From assembly GCA_965198065.1 (NCBI GenBank), contig CBDAON010000004.1:2560001-2624000 (forward strand): DNA of 64,000 nucleotides, read 5' to 3'. The translations under genes were made by a program, and so were the position numbers. The notes under the pieces were generated by a model, which saw only the letters and a program-made list of their open reading frames with translations, searched no databases and was not told the origin of the DNA. Source of the stretch: Longimicrobiales bacterium (GTDB taxonomy: Bacteria; Gemmatimonadota; Gemmatimonadetes; Longimicrobiales; Gaopeijiaceae). This document shows positions 8,542-17,494 of this stretch, piece by piece; positions within the stretch are counted from its first letter, which is position 1, and each line of letters begins with the position of its first letter.

Positions 8542-8594
8542 CGATCATGCGACGCCGACTACGCGATCATGCCGCATCGTCAATACGATCATGC
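8542..8594. repeat. three CGATCATGC copies with exact 22-bp period upstream of the ECF sigma gene
   Basis: Copies begin at 8542, 8564 and 8586. Confidence 0.85.
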
Positions 8595-8679
8595 CACGCC
8601 CCGCGTCCGGGTTACGCCGTCGACCGAAGGGCACCCGCCGCCCGAGGTACCGCGCTTCCCTCGGCTCGCCGGCTCCTGA

Positions 8680-8749
8680 ATACCTGACGCCACCGTGGGG
8701 TGGGAGGGTTGCCCAGGGGGGCCCGCTCGGTGAGTTCGGATTCGGTCAC
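8680..8749 (-). pseudogene. decayed copy of the 5' end of an ECF sigma gene
   Basis: 8749-8705 encodes VTESELTERAPLGNP versus MTEARLVERAAGGNP of the adjacent sigma (32/45 nt identical, hand count). A second shared block ACGGTGGC-N5-GTAT lies at 8696-8680. Confidence 0.5.
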
Positions 8750-8974
8750 GCTGCGCTTCGAGTCCTCGCCCGCGCCAGCCCCACTACTCACCCGATCGGG
8801 TGCGATAGCGCAGACGAGGTTCGCACGGTCGTCATGGGGCAACTTCTCATTTCGATGGATACCCCTCGCTGGTTCCATAACGGCCACTTGCTCATCGGTC
8901 CGCCCCCTTTCCGCCATCGGGCGAGCGAGTATGATGAAGTGGTCGACCGGCACCCCCTCATGGAGTCCCCGATC

Positions 8975-10249
8975 ATGCTCCCGCTCCCGACTGCCCTCGT
9001 TACCGCCGTTCTCCTTCTCGGATTCGGGCTGCCGCCCGGATTCGGGCCGGCGTCCACATTTGGGCCGATACCCGCGTTTGCCCAGGTGGGGCTGCCGCGC
9101 GTCGCTCCGGAGGTCGTCCGCATATCTGCCGCGGGACTCGAAGACGTGACCGAGGCGCTCGAGGCTGCCGTCGCCCAGGGTCGGATCGCGGGTGCCGTCG
9201 TGGGCGTCGCACGGATGGGGGGCATCCCTCACCTGCAAGCGGTCGGGGTCCAGGACTTGGCCACCGGGGCGCCGATGACGGAGCGGTCCCTCTTCCGCAT
9301 CTATTCGATGACGAGGGCCGTGACGTCCGTGGCCGCGATGATCCTCTGGGAGGAGGGGCGCTTCGAGCTCGATGACCCGGTGTCGGATTACATCCCGCAG
9401 TTCGCGAACGTGTACGTGCTCGATTCGCCGGCGGGACCGCCCCGGTCACCGAGCCGCCCGATCACGGTGCGCGACCTGATGCTCAACACCTCCGGGCTCA
9501 GCCCCCGGACGTCCGCCTTGTATCGAGACGCCGAGGTCCGACGCCGTGACATCCCGATGCGTCAGTTCATCGGGAACCTGGTCGCGGTCCCTCTCATGGA
9601 AGATCCGGGGACCCGGTATCGGTACAGCGAGTCTGCCACGGTCCTGGGTGCGTTGATCGAGATCTGGTCAGGGCGCCCACTGGATGAGTTCATGCAGGAG
9701 CGCGTCTTCGGTCCGCTCGGGATGGTCGACACCGGCTTCTGGGTGCGCCCGGAGGATCAGGATCGGCTCACCACCGTGTACTCCCCAGGGCAGGGCGGTG
9801 CCCTCGAGCCGATCCAGGTTGAGGAGGTCCCGTTCACGGAGCGGCCCGCCCTCCTCGAGGGCGCCGTCGGTCTGGTCTCGACCGTGCCCGATTTCCTGCG
9901 CTTCAGCCAGATGCTCCTGAACTTTGGTGAGCTCGGCGGCACGCGGGTGCTCAGGACGGAGACGGTGGCCAGGATCACGAGCAACGGGCTCTCCGACGCG
10001 GTGCTCGAGGCGCGTTCTGGGACGACGGGATGGGGGCTCGGGAACGTGAACGTCGTGATGGATCGGTACGCTCTCGATTATCCCACGAACGTGGGGGAGT
10101 ACACTTGGAACGGATCGGTGGGGGGGATCTTCTGGAACGATCCGACCGAGAACCTCTCCATCGTGCTCATGTGGCAGAATCGGCCCGCGAATCCGGACCG
10201 TCTCCGGCAGAGCGTGAAGACGCTCGTCTACGAGGCGCTCCTGGACTGA
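8975..10249 (+). CDS. exported serine hydrolase, beta-lactamase/class C-like family
   Basis: FRIYSMTR (SxxK position), LDDPVSDYIP, PGTRYRYS, LGMVDTGF motifs; signal peptide. ATG 8975 follows GGAG; the ORF track start at 8447 is too far upstream. Confidence 0.88.
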   Translation: MLPLPTALVTAVLLLGFGLPPGFGPASTFGPIPAFAQVGLPRVAPEVVRISAAGLEDVTEALEAAVAQGRIAGAVVGVARMGGIPHLQAVGVQDLATGAPMTERSLFRIYSMTRAVTSVAAMILWEEGRFELDDPVSDYIPQFANVYVLDSPAGPPRSPSRPITVRDLMLNTSGLSPRTSALYRDAEVRRRDIPMRQFIGNLVAVPLMEDPGTRYRYSESATVLGALIEIWSGRPLDEFMQERVFGPLGMVDTGFWVRPEDQDRLTTVYSPGQGGALEPIQVEEVPFTERPALLEGAVGLVSTVPDFLRFSQMLLNFGELGGTRVLRTETVARITSNGLSDAVLEARSGTTGWGLGNVNVVMDRYALDYPTNVGEYTWNGSVGGIFWNDPTENLSIVLMWQNRPANPDRLRQSVKTLVYEALLD

Positions 10250-10307
10250 GGAGTGGCCCGGGCTGGTTGGAACCCCGGGGAACGAGACCGGAGGGGAGCC
10301 GGAGGGG

Positions 10308-11231
10308 ATGCGGGTCCTCGTTGCCGGATGCGGATACGTTGGAGCCGAGCTGGGCGGGCGGCTCGGGCGATCGGGTCACGAGGTCTGGGGCCTTCGGCGT
10401 GACCCCAGCGGCCTTCCCCCGCCCATCCGGGGGGTCCGAGCGGATCTGACCGCCGCTCGGGACCTGTCGGCGCTCGCCTCCGGCCAGTTGGACCGTGAGC
10501 GGGGCGGCTCGGAGGACGCTGACCCGGGCAGGTCGCCGGCCTCGTTCCTGTCCGGAATCGATCGGGTCGTTTACGCCGCGGCTCCCGACGACTCGACCCC
10601 GGCCGCGTACCGCGCCACGTACGTCGAGGGAGCGCGAAACCTCCTCGATGCCCTCATAACGACCGCCCCTCCCGTCCGGCGATTCTTGTTCGTTTCCAGC
10701 ACGGCGGTCTGGGGTGATGCGGGCGGCGGCTGGGTGGACGAGACGATCCCGACCTCGCCCGACGACTTTCGGGGGGAAATCCTGCTAGAGGCCGAGAGCC
10801 TAGTTCGCGCGGCGCCCTTCCCGTCCACGGTGCTTCGGTTGGGCGGGATTTACGGGCCCGGTCGAACGCGACTAATCGAGCGAGTACACGACGGAGAAGC
10901 TCGCTGTCCCGAGGGCGCGGTGGTCTGGTCGAATCGGGTTCACCGGGACGACGCCTCGGAAATGATTCGCCACCTCCTGGAGATGGAGAGCCCGGAGCCC
11001 GTCTATCTCGGTGTGGATGACGAGCCCGCGCCACTCTGTGACGTCTACCGCTATGTCTCGGGGCTCCTGGGGGTGCCTCCGCCGGAGCCAGGTGTAGGGG
11101 GGGGAGGCCGCTCGAACAAACGCTGCTCGAACCGGCGTATCCGGGAGTCGGGCGTCCGGCTCGGGTACCCGACCTATCGGGAAGGCTACCGGGACGTGAT
11201 CGCGCGTGCGAGGTCCAGAGCGGGAAGTTGA
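10308..11231 (+). CDS. NAD-dependent epimerase/dehydratase (atypical SDR, YeeZ-like)
   Basis: GCGYVG Rossmann motif, FVSSTAVWG, LRLGGIYGPGR, NRVHRDD. Confidence 0.88.
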   Translation: MRVLVAGCGYVGAELGGRLGRSGHEVWGLRRDPSGLPPPIRGVRADLTAARDLSALASGQLDRERGGSEDADPGRSPASFLSGIDRVVYAAAPDDSTPAAYRATYVEGARNLLDALITTAPPVRRFLFVSSTAVWGDAGGGWVDETIPTSPDDFRGEILLEAESLVRAAPFPSTVLRLGGIYGPGRTRLIERVHDGEARCPEGAVVWSNRVHRDDASEMIRHLLEMESPEPVYLGVDDEPAPLCDVYRYVSGLLGVPPPEPGVGGGGRSNKRCSNRRIRESGVRLGYPTYREGYRDVIARARSRAGS

Positions 11232-11237
11232 GAGGGG

Positions 11238-12410
11238 TTACTGGGAGGCTGCCGCCGTCGGCGCTTCCTCATCGTCGACCATGACGGACGCGGCCGGGGA
11301 CTGGGCGAAGGGAGAGGAGAAGCCCAGCGTCGAGCAAGCGTTCCTCACGACCGAGGCGAATTCCGGCACCAGCCGGAAGGAGAGCGCCTCCCCCACCTCG
11401 TACGAGCGCGAGGGCGGCAGGTGCACGACGAGGTTTCGAACGCCTCCGTGCGCCGAGGGGATCCCCACCTCGGCCTCGAAGTGCACACCCGCGTACGTGG
11501 TCGAGAGGATCGATCCCCGGAGCGTGGCGTCTTCCTCGGGACAGGGGACGAACCCGTCGGGACGAACGGCCACGATCACCTCGGTGCCGTTCGGGAGCCC
11601 GAGCCGATCCACCCGGCAGAACGACCCGAAGTCCGTGAGGACACACCCGTCCTTGTTCTGGACCACACCCCGGAGGAGGTTCGTTCGGCCCACGAACGTC
11701 GCAACGAAGATGGATTCCGGGTGCTTGTAGATCTCCCTCGGGGGACCGACCTGCTCGATCTTCCCGTGGTTCATTACCGCAACGCGGTCCGAGATGGCCA
11801 GTGCGTCGCGCTGGTCGTGGCTGACCAGAACGCAAGTGACGCCCGTGTTCCTGAGGATGCCCACGACCTCGTCCCGGACCTGGTTTCGCAGGTGAGCGTC
11901 CAGGTTCGAGAACGGCTCGTCCATGAGGACTACCACGGGGGAGGGGGCGAGGGCCCGCGCGAGCGCGACCCGCTGCAGCTGCCCCCCGGAGAGCTCGTGC
12001 GGATATCGATCGAGCACTGATCCGAGGTCCACGATGCCGAGCACGTCCTTCGCGCGGACCTTCCGGTCCGCCCTCGGCAGATGGTCCAGCCCGAACATTA
12101 CGTTCTCTCCGACCCTGAGGTGCGGGAAGAGCGCATGGTCCTGGAAGACCATGCCCACGCCCCGTCGCTCCGGCGGAACCCAGCACCGTGGCCCGGCCAC
12201 GGCCGTTCTCCGGATCCTAACCTCCCCCGAGTCGGGCACCTCGAACCCCGCGACCAGCCGGAGCGTCGTTGTCTTTCCACATCCCGATGGACCGAGGAGC
12301 GTCAGGATCTCCCCCTCGCGAACCTCGATCGAAAGCTCGCTCACGGCCTCGACCGGACCTGGCCAGAAGCGCTTCGTCACCTTGTCGAGATGAATGACCG
12401 GAGCGGACAT
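11238..12410 (-). CDS. ABC transporter ATP-binding protein, Fe3+/polyamine (FbpC/PotA-like) type
   Basis: Walker A GPSGCGKT, VPPERRGVGMVFQDHALFPHL, LSGGQ, DEPFSNLD, C-terminal TOBE-like region. Confidence 0.9.
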   Translation of the reverse strand: MSAPVIHLDKVTKRFWPGPVEAVSELSIEVREGEILTLLGPSGCGKTTTLRLVAGFEVPDSGEVRIRRTAVAGPRCWVPPERRGVGMVFQDHALFPHLRVGENVMFGLDHLPRADRKVRAKDVLGIVDLGSVLDRYPHELSGGQLQRVALARALAPSPVVVLMDEPFSNLDAHLRNQVRDEVVGILRNTGVTCVLVSHDQRDALAISDRVAVMNHGKIEQVGPPREIYKHPESIFVATFVGRTNLLRGVVQNKDGCVLTDFGSFCRVDRLGLPNGTEVIVAVRPDGFVPCPEEDATLRGSILSTTYAGVHFEAEVGIPSAHGGVRNLVVHLPPSRSYEVGEALSFRLVPEFASVVRNACSTLGFSSPFAQSPAASVMVDDEEAPTAAASQ

Positions 12411-12471
12411 GTCCCCCTGGGAACTATGCGCGAACGGGCCCGGATGCGGACGCCCGAGCGGACCGCGATCC

Positions 12472-12530
12472 AGTTGAGAACGGCTATCAATTGCGCTTTC
12501 AACGCTACCCGGGGTGGAGGGTGGTGTCAA
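12472..12530 (-). promoter_or_regulatory. sigma70 promoter plus Fur-like box for the ABC ATPase
   Basis: Minus strand TTGACA (12530-12525)-N17-TAGCGT (12507-12502). Imperfect palindrome AATTGATAGCCGTTCTCAACT (12492-12472) resembles TGAnAATnATTnTCA. Confidence 0.7.
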
Positions 12531-14190
12531 TGAACGCCCCGCGCGGTCCGTGCTCGCGCACGAGGGCCTCGTAGTCCCGGAGCTCGTTCGCCTCCCTCCA
12601 GGCGTCCCAGCCGAGGATCTCCCGGAGGATCGCCGCGGCTTCCGGCGCCCCGGCCCAGCCTCCCCTCTCGGAGAAGAGGAGGAGGGCGAGCCGCCGGTCC
12701 ATCACGTCCGCTAGGCCGAGGGCCATGCCCCGCTCGACCGTGAGACGCACCTCCCCTCTCAGGGCAGGGACGCCCTCTCCAAGTGGCTCGAGCCACCGCG
12801 GATCCTGCTCTCCGTACTGGAGCAGAACGTCGATCTCCGTTCCGTACAGGAAGAAGAGCCTCTCGGCGATCGAGGCCTCCACGCCCCCTCGCGCGAGGGC
12901 TTTCTCCTGGCTGGCCCGAAGCGTCGGCACGTCCTCCCTCGGTGCGCCCGGGAGGGGGGCCGAGGAGGTGGCCTCGCGGCCGGGGAGCGGACGGCCCCGG
13001 GCCTCGGAGACCTTCGCCAGGATCCGGCGGGCCATAGCCCGGTACGTGGTGAGCTTCCCTCCCGCGACGGTGACGAGGCCCGGCGTGGAAGCCCAGACCT
13101 CGTCGTGACGGGACGTGTCCCGCGTGGACTTGCCCTCCTCGGCGATCAGAGGGCGGATCCCCGCCCAGGTGGCCTTCACGTCGGTCGCCTGGAGATCGGC
13201 TTCGGGGAAACACGCCCGGGTCATCTCCAGGAGGTCGTCCACATCGGCGGGACTCGCGCGCGGCCGATTCAGGTCTCCGAGGTACTCCTCGTCCGACGTT
13301 CCGACGTACACCCAGGGCCCCCTCGGCATGGCAAGCCCGCGCCGTCCACTCGGCGCCCGGAGGAAGGTGGCGGCCTTCAGGGGAAGCCGCTTTCGCTCGA
13401 GGAGGATGTGAGCCCCCTTTGAGGGAACGAGAGGCTTCGGGACTGGCAGCCCGTTTTCCTCGAGAATGCGCTCGGCCCAGGGCCCCACGGCGCTTACGGT
13501 GATCTCGGCCCGAATCTCGAGCTCGCGGTCGCCCTCGAGGTCGTGGACGAGCGCCCCTTCCACGCGTCCCCGCTTGAGCAGAAACGACTCCACCCGTGCG
13601 TAGTTCGCGACGAGGGCGCCGTGCTCGGCGGCCGACGCGACGTTTGCGAGCGTGAATCGGGCGTCGTCCGTGATGAACTCGGGATAGAGCACCGACCCCT
13701 TCAGGGGATCCCGGAGCCCGGGGACATAGCGGCGAGTCTCGGCCGGAGAGATGCGCCGGGAGCGCTCGCCACGCGGCGTTCCGGCAAAGGCGTCGAACAG
13801 CTTCAGTCCGAGCCGGACCTTGAGAAGCGATTCGCCCCCATACACCGGATACACGAACGGTAGCTCGTGCACGAGGTGGGGGGCGATGGCCCGGAGCACC
13901 GTGCGTTCCCGAGCGGATTCGCGAACGAGTCCGAGCTGGAGGTACTCGAGGTACCGCACGCCTCCGTGAATGATCTTGGAGGACCGTGACGAGGTCCCGC
14001 CAGCAAAGTCGGACTTCTCGACCAGCCCGACCCGCATCCCCCGGAGCGCCGCGTCCCTAGCCACTCCGGCCCCTGTGATTCCACCTCCCACGACGAGAAG
14101 CTCGAGGGATCCCGTCGCCATCTCTTCCAAGGCCGCCCTCCGCCCGTCCGGTGAGAGCGGGTACGGACGGGACTCTGTCCGATCAGGCAT
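12505..14190 (-). CDS. glpD: FAD-dependent glycerol-3-phosphate dehydrogenase/oxidase
   Basis: VVGGGITGAGVARDAALRG, DFAGGTSSRSSKIIHGGVRYL, TDDAR, GGKLTTYR. Confidence 0.9.
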   Translation of the reverse strand: MPDRTESRPYPLSPDGRRAALEEMATGSLELLVVGGGITGAGVARDAALRGMRVGLVEKSDFAGGTSSRSSKIIHGGVRYLEYLQLGLVRESARERTVLRAIAPHLVHELPFVYPVYGGESLLKVRLGLKLFDAFAGTPRGERSRRISPAETRRYVPGLRDPLKGSVLYPEFITDDARFTLANVASAAEHGALVANYARVESFLLKRGRVEGALVHDLEGDRELEIRAEITVSAVGPWAERILEENGLPVPKPLVPSKGAHILLERKRLPLKAATFLRAPSGRRGLAMPRGPWVYVGTSDEEYLGDLNRPRASPADVDDLLEMTRACFPEADLQATDVKATWAGIRPLIAEEGKSTRDTSRHDEVWASTPGLVTVAGGKLTTYRAMARRILAKVSEARGRPLPGREATSSAPLPGAPREDVPTLRASQEKALARGGVEASIAERLFFLYGTEIDVLLQYGEQDPRWLEPLGEGVPALRGEVRLTVERGMALGLADVMDRRLALLLFSERGGWAGAPEAAAILREILGWDAWREANELRDYEALVREHGPRGAFIDTTLHPG

Positions 14191-16228
14191 CCGAGCGGTT
14201 GGGGAGCTGGATCCAGAAGCGGCTCCCGTGGCTGGCCCCGGGCTCGACTCCCGCCGACCCTCCCATTCGCTCCATTCCACGGCGAACGATTGCGAGCCCG
14301 ATCCCAGTGCCCGGTCGCGACTGGGTCTTCGTCAGGCGCTCGAACGTCCGGAAGATCCGTTTGGTCTGCTCGGGCGGGACGCCCGTTCCGTTGTCCTCGA
14401 CCCACAGTCGGACCTCGGATTCCATGGGCTCGGCACGGATCCGCACTTCCGGGGGCACACCCTCCCTGGCGAACTTGACCGCGTTCGACACGAGATTCGC
14501 GACGACCTGGACGAGCGTCGTATGGTGGCCCCCGACGACCGGAAGCGCTCCCTCGACCTCAACGGTCGCTTTGGCCACCCGCACGTCGTCCTCCAGCTGC
14601 GCCAGCGCGACCGAGACCACGTCCGACAGATCGACGGCGGTGGGCTCGAGCTCCTGGATGCTCACGCGCGAGTATGTCAGGAGGTCCTCGATCAGCCGCT
14701 CCGCGAGCTCCCCGGACGCGAGGATGCGCCGAGCGTAGTCCGAGGCCTCCGGGTCCAGCTGCTCGCCGAAACGGCTGAGCAGCGTGTGGGCGAATCCCTC
14801 CATCGTGCGGAGCGGTGCCCTCAGGTCGTGCGACACGGTGTAGGCGAACGCCTCGAGCTCGCGGTTCGCCCGCTGGAGCTCCTCAGTGAGCGTGCGGTAC
14901 CGGGCCTCGTTCTCGCGGAGGGCCGCCACGGCCCCCACCCGATCCATGAACGTCGCGATGTAATTGGCCAGGCTGGATCCCCAGCGGAGTAAGCGCTCAT
15001 CGGGGGTGAACACCTCCGGCCTCGCGAGCGTGAGGACCCCGACGGCCTCACCGCGCATCAGGATCGGGAATGCGAGGACCGTTCCCTTTCCCACCTTGCG
15101 GATGAGCGGGCAGAGCACATGGGGGCGAAGGCTCGCGTCGCTGAGCACCTGGGGTGCACGGGACAGCAGCGCGCTTCCCGAGAGCGAATCGTCCACTGAG
15201 ACGAAGGGCTCCCGCGCGAGCTCCGCCATCGGGACTCCGCGCGCGGCCAGGAGTCTCAGGACGGGCTGACCTTCCTCCTTCCACTCGACGGCCGCCAACG
15301 GAGAGCCCGTGTCCCGGCAGATGATCTCCAGGATGTCGGGGAATCCCTCCTCGAGGGACTGCGAGAGCAGGGTGATCTCAGAGATCTGATGCAGGGTGCG
15401 AAGCTCCTGGTTCCGAGCCGCGAGCTCGATCTGATTCCGCTGCCGCTCGCTCACGTCCGAGATCACCCCGTCGATCCGAACAACGCGGCCCCCCGCCCTC
15501 CGTCCAGCACGCAGGGAGGCCTCGAGCCACTGGGGCTCGCCTCCCACGGACTCCCTGGAGATCGGGACGACGACGGATCGCTCGCCTTCACCCTCCTCCA
15601 GACCCGCGCGGATCGCCTTCGGATCGTGGCCCGGAATGAGCTCCGACCATCGCCCCGCGGCCAGGATGTCCGCCGGCGGGATCCCGTAGATGGACTCGAC
15701 CGACGGTGAGATCTGGATCAGGCGGTCCGCCTCCAGGTCCACCGAAAAGAACACGTCCCCGAGGCTCCAGAACGGGGCCTGGATCTCGCCGGTCGCGCGC
15801 TCGAGAGCAGCCTCCGCCTCGGCCCACTCGCTGCGGGCCCGGACCGAGTTCTCAGCCACCGCCAGGCGGACGTTCAGGAGCGCCACATCGAACGGCTTGG
15901 CCACGTAGTCGTCGGCGCCCGCGGCCAGGACTTCCTCGAGAGCGGGCGGCTCGCGCTTCCCCGTGACGACGAGGATCACCGGTCGGTCGCCGCCCGGCTC
16001 ACCCCTCAGCCCCCGGCAGAGCTCGAGGCCCGAGCCCTCGCCCAGGACCCAGTCGAGGACCACGAGCGGATGGCGATCCGTGCGCCAGGCCCCGAGGGCC
16101 TCGCGGGCTCCCTCGGAAGCTGTGACCATGTGACCGCGTGAGCGGAGGATCTCCGCCATGAGCCACCGATCCTCCGCGCTGTCCTCCACGACAAGGACGT
16201 GGAGTCCCCCGGGTTCCCGTGTCGTCAC
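14183..16228 (-). CDS. hybrid sensor histidine kinase (REC-PAS-GAF-HisKA-HATPase)
   Basis: N-terminal receiver (VLVVED...LDW...GADDYVAKPF), PAS and GAF segments, H-box FAYTVSHDLRAPLR, NLVSNAVKF, DNGTG, GTGIGL. Confidence 0.9.
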   Translation of the reverse strand: MTTREPGGLHVLVVEDSAEDRWLMAEILRSRGHMVTASEGAREALGAWRTDRHPLVVLDWVLGEGSGLELCRGLRGEPGGDRPVILVVTGKREPPALEEVLAAGADDYVAKPFDVALLNVRLAVAENSVRARSEWAEAEAALERATGEIQAPFWSLGDVFFSVDLEADRLIQISPSVESIYGIPPADILAAGRWSELIPGHDPKAIRAGLEEGEGERSVVVPISRESVGGEPQWLEASLRAGRRAGGRVVRIDGVISDVSERQRNQIELAARNQELRTLHQISEITLLSQSLEEGFPDILEIICRDTGSPLAAVEWKEEGQPVLRLLAARGVPMAELAREPFVSVDDSLSGSALLSRAPQVLSDASLRPHVLCPLIRKVGKGTVLAFPILMRGEAVGVLTLARPEVFTPDERLLRWGSSLANYIATFMDRVGAVAALRENEARYRTLTEELQRANRELEAFAYTVSHDLRAPLRTMEGFAHTLLSRFGEQLDPEASDYARRILASGELAERLIEDLLTYSRVSIQELEPTAVDLSDVVSVALAQLEDDVRVAKATVEVEGALPVVGGHHTTLVQVVANLVSNAVKFAREGVPPEVRIRAEPMESEVRLWVEDNGTGVPPEQTKRIFRTFERLTKTQSRPGTGIGLAIVRRGMERMGGSAGVEPGASHGSRFWIQLPNRSDA

Positions 16229-16232
16229 GCCG

Positions 16233-17375
16233 TCAGTCCCGTCCGGCGCGGGCCGCCGTGTAACCGAATCGGTCCGGAGACGTGTCTGAGGGGAGGAGAT
16301 CGCTCGTGCCCTCGGTGAGGACCTCTGCAACGGCAAGCGCCGTGACGGGGGCCAGAAGGATCCCGTTCCGAAAGTGGCCGGTCGCGACCACCAGACGGCC
16401 CTCCGTTCCCGCGACGGGACCGAGAACCGGGAGCCGGTCGGGCGTGGCCGGCCTGAGCCCGGCCCACATGTCCACGATCTCGGCCTCCGCCAGGTCCGGA
16501 CAAAGCTCGAGGGCCGCGCGAAGCAGCCCCGACACCCCCTCCGCGGTCATCGCCTTGGCGAACCCCGCGTCCTCCATTGTCGCTCCGACGAGGATGCGTC
16601 CATCGTCCCTGGGAACCAAGTAAACGTCGCCCGACTCGACCACCCGATCGAGCGCCATGGCGGTGGGTGCGAGAGAGAGCATCTGCCCGCGGACCGGTCG
16701 GATTGGGAGATGATCGGGAAGCCCTCCGACGCGCCCGGACCACGCCCCTGCCGAGAGGACCACGGTCCCGGCCGCGAGCGAGGACCCATCAGCGAAGCGA
16801 ACGACGGCGTCGGCGCCGCGCCACTCGACGCCCACGGCTTCGGTCCTTTCCCTTAGCTCCACCCCGGCCCGTTCGAGCGAGACGCGGAGCGCGTGCACGA
16901 GCGCCCGCCCGTCCACCCGACCGTCGTCGTGGAGGAGGAGGCCCCCCCGGACGGGCGCCCCGACGGGGGGCGCGATCTCGCGCACTTCGAGGGCGTCCAG
17001 GCGCTCGGCTCGTAGGCCGTGCCGCTCCGCGAGCACGCGAATCCCCTCGAGCCTTGCCATCTCGGCCTCGGTCCGGGCGACGCAGAGCTTCCCGCAAAGC
17101 CGGAGCTCGACCCGAGTGCCGGACTCCGCCTCCAGCTCTTCGACCCAACCCGGGTAGGCCTCGGCGCTCCGTAGGGCCAGGTCGAGAAAGGGCCCGGGGC
17201 CGTCGGCTTCCACGACGGGGGAGAGCATCCCGGCGGCCGCCCACGTCGCCTCGCGTCCGGCCTCGCCCCGCTCGACGAGGGTCACACGACCGCCTCGCCG
17301 GGCTGCCTCGCGAGCGATGGCGAGACCGATGACTCCACCGCCGATGACCAGCACGTCTGGAAGGGTTTGCCTCAT
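16233..17375 (-). CDS. thiO: glycine oxidase / D-amino acid oxidase family
   Basis: VIGGGVIG, ATWAAAGML, PVRGQM, WAGLRP, GHFRNGILLAP. Confidence 0.88.
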   Translation of the reverse strand: MRQTLPDVLVIGGGVIGLAIAREAARRGGRVTLVERGEAGREATWAAAGMLSPVVEADGPGPFLDLALRSAEAYPGWVEELEAESGTRVELRLCGKLCVARTEAEMARLEGIRVLAERHGLRAERLDALEVREIAPPVGAPVRGGLLLHDDGRVDGRALVHALRVSLERAGVELRERTEAVGVEWRGADAVVRFADGSSLAAGTVVLSAGAWSGRVGGLPDHLPIRPVRGQMLSLAPTAMALDRVVESGDVYLVPRDDGRILVGATMEDAGFAKAMTAEGVSGLLRAALELCPDLAEAEIVDMWAGLRPATPDRLPVLGPVAGTEGRLVVATGHFRNGILLAPVTALAVAEVLTEGTSDLLPSDTSPDRFGYTAARAGRD

Positions 17376-17494
17376 GGTTGCTCAGGAACCCCGCGCCGAA
17401 CGTGGCGGTTCCGGACCGTGCACGGCACCCCGGGCCTCGCGCGAAGGTCCGGCGTGTGTGGCGTGAGCCCGCCTCGTCCCTGGGGAGATGACCC

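Noticed and set aside
8701..8850. Possible structured RNA or tRNA-like piece (GTTGCCC/GGGCAAC long-range stem; TTCGAGTCC...CCA)
   Set aside because: The T-arm does not pair and no cloverleaf forms; a 7-bp stem is expected by chance at this GC; part of the region matches the sigma remnant.
8447..8974. Long N-terminal extensions in the ORF track (serine hydrolase; also PDZ protein, ftsA, mazG, alr, purL, purS, pssA)
   Set aside because: They overlap neighbouring genes or intergenic DNA; internal starts with SD or stop-start overlaps fit better, so these are not fusions.
17376..17490. TPP riboswitch upstream of thiO (GGGGTGCC present on the minus strand)
   Set aside because: The expected CTGAGA and ACCTGAT...AGGGA elements are not present in the required order.
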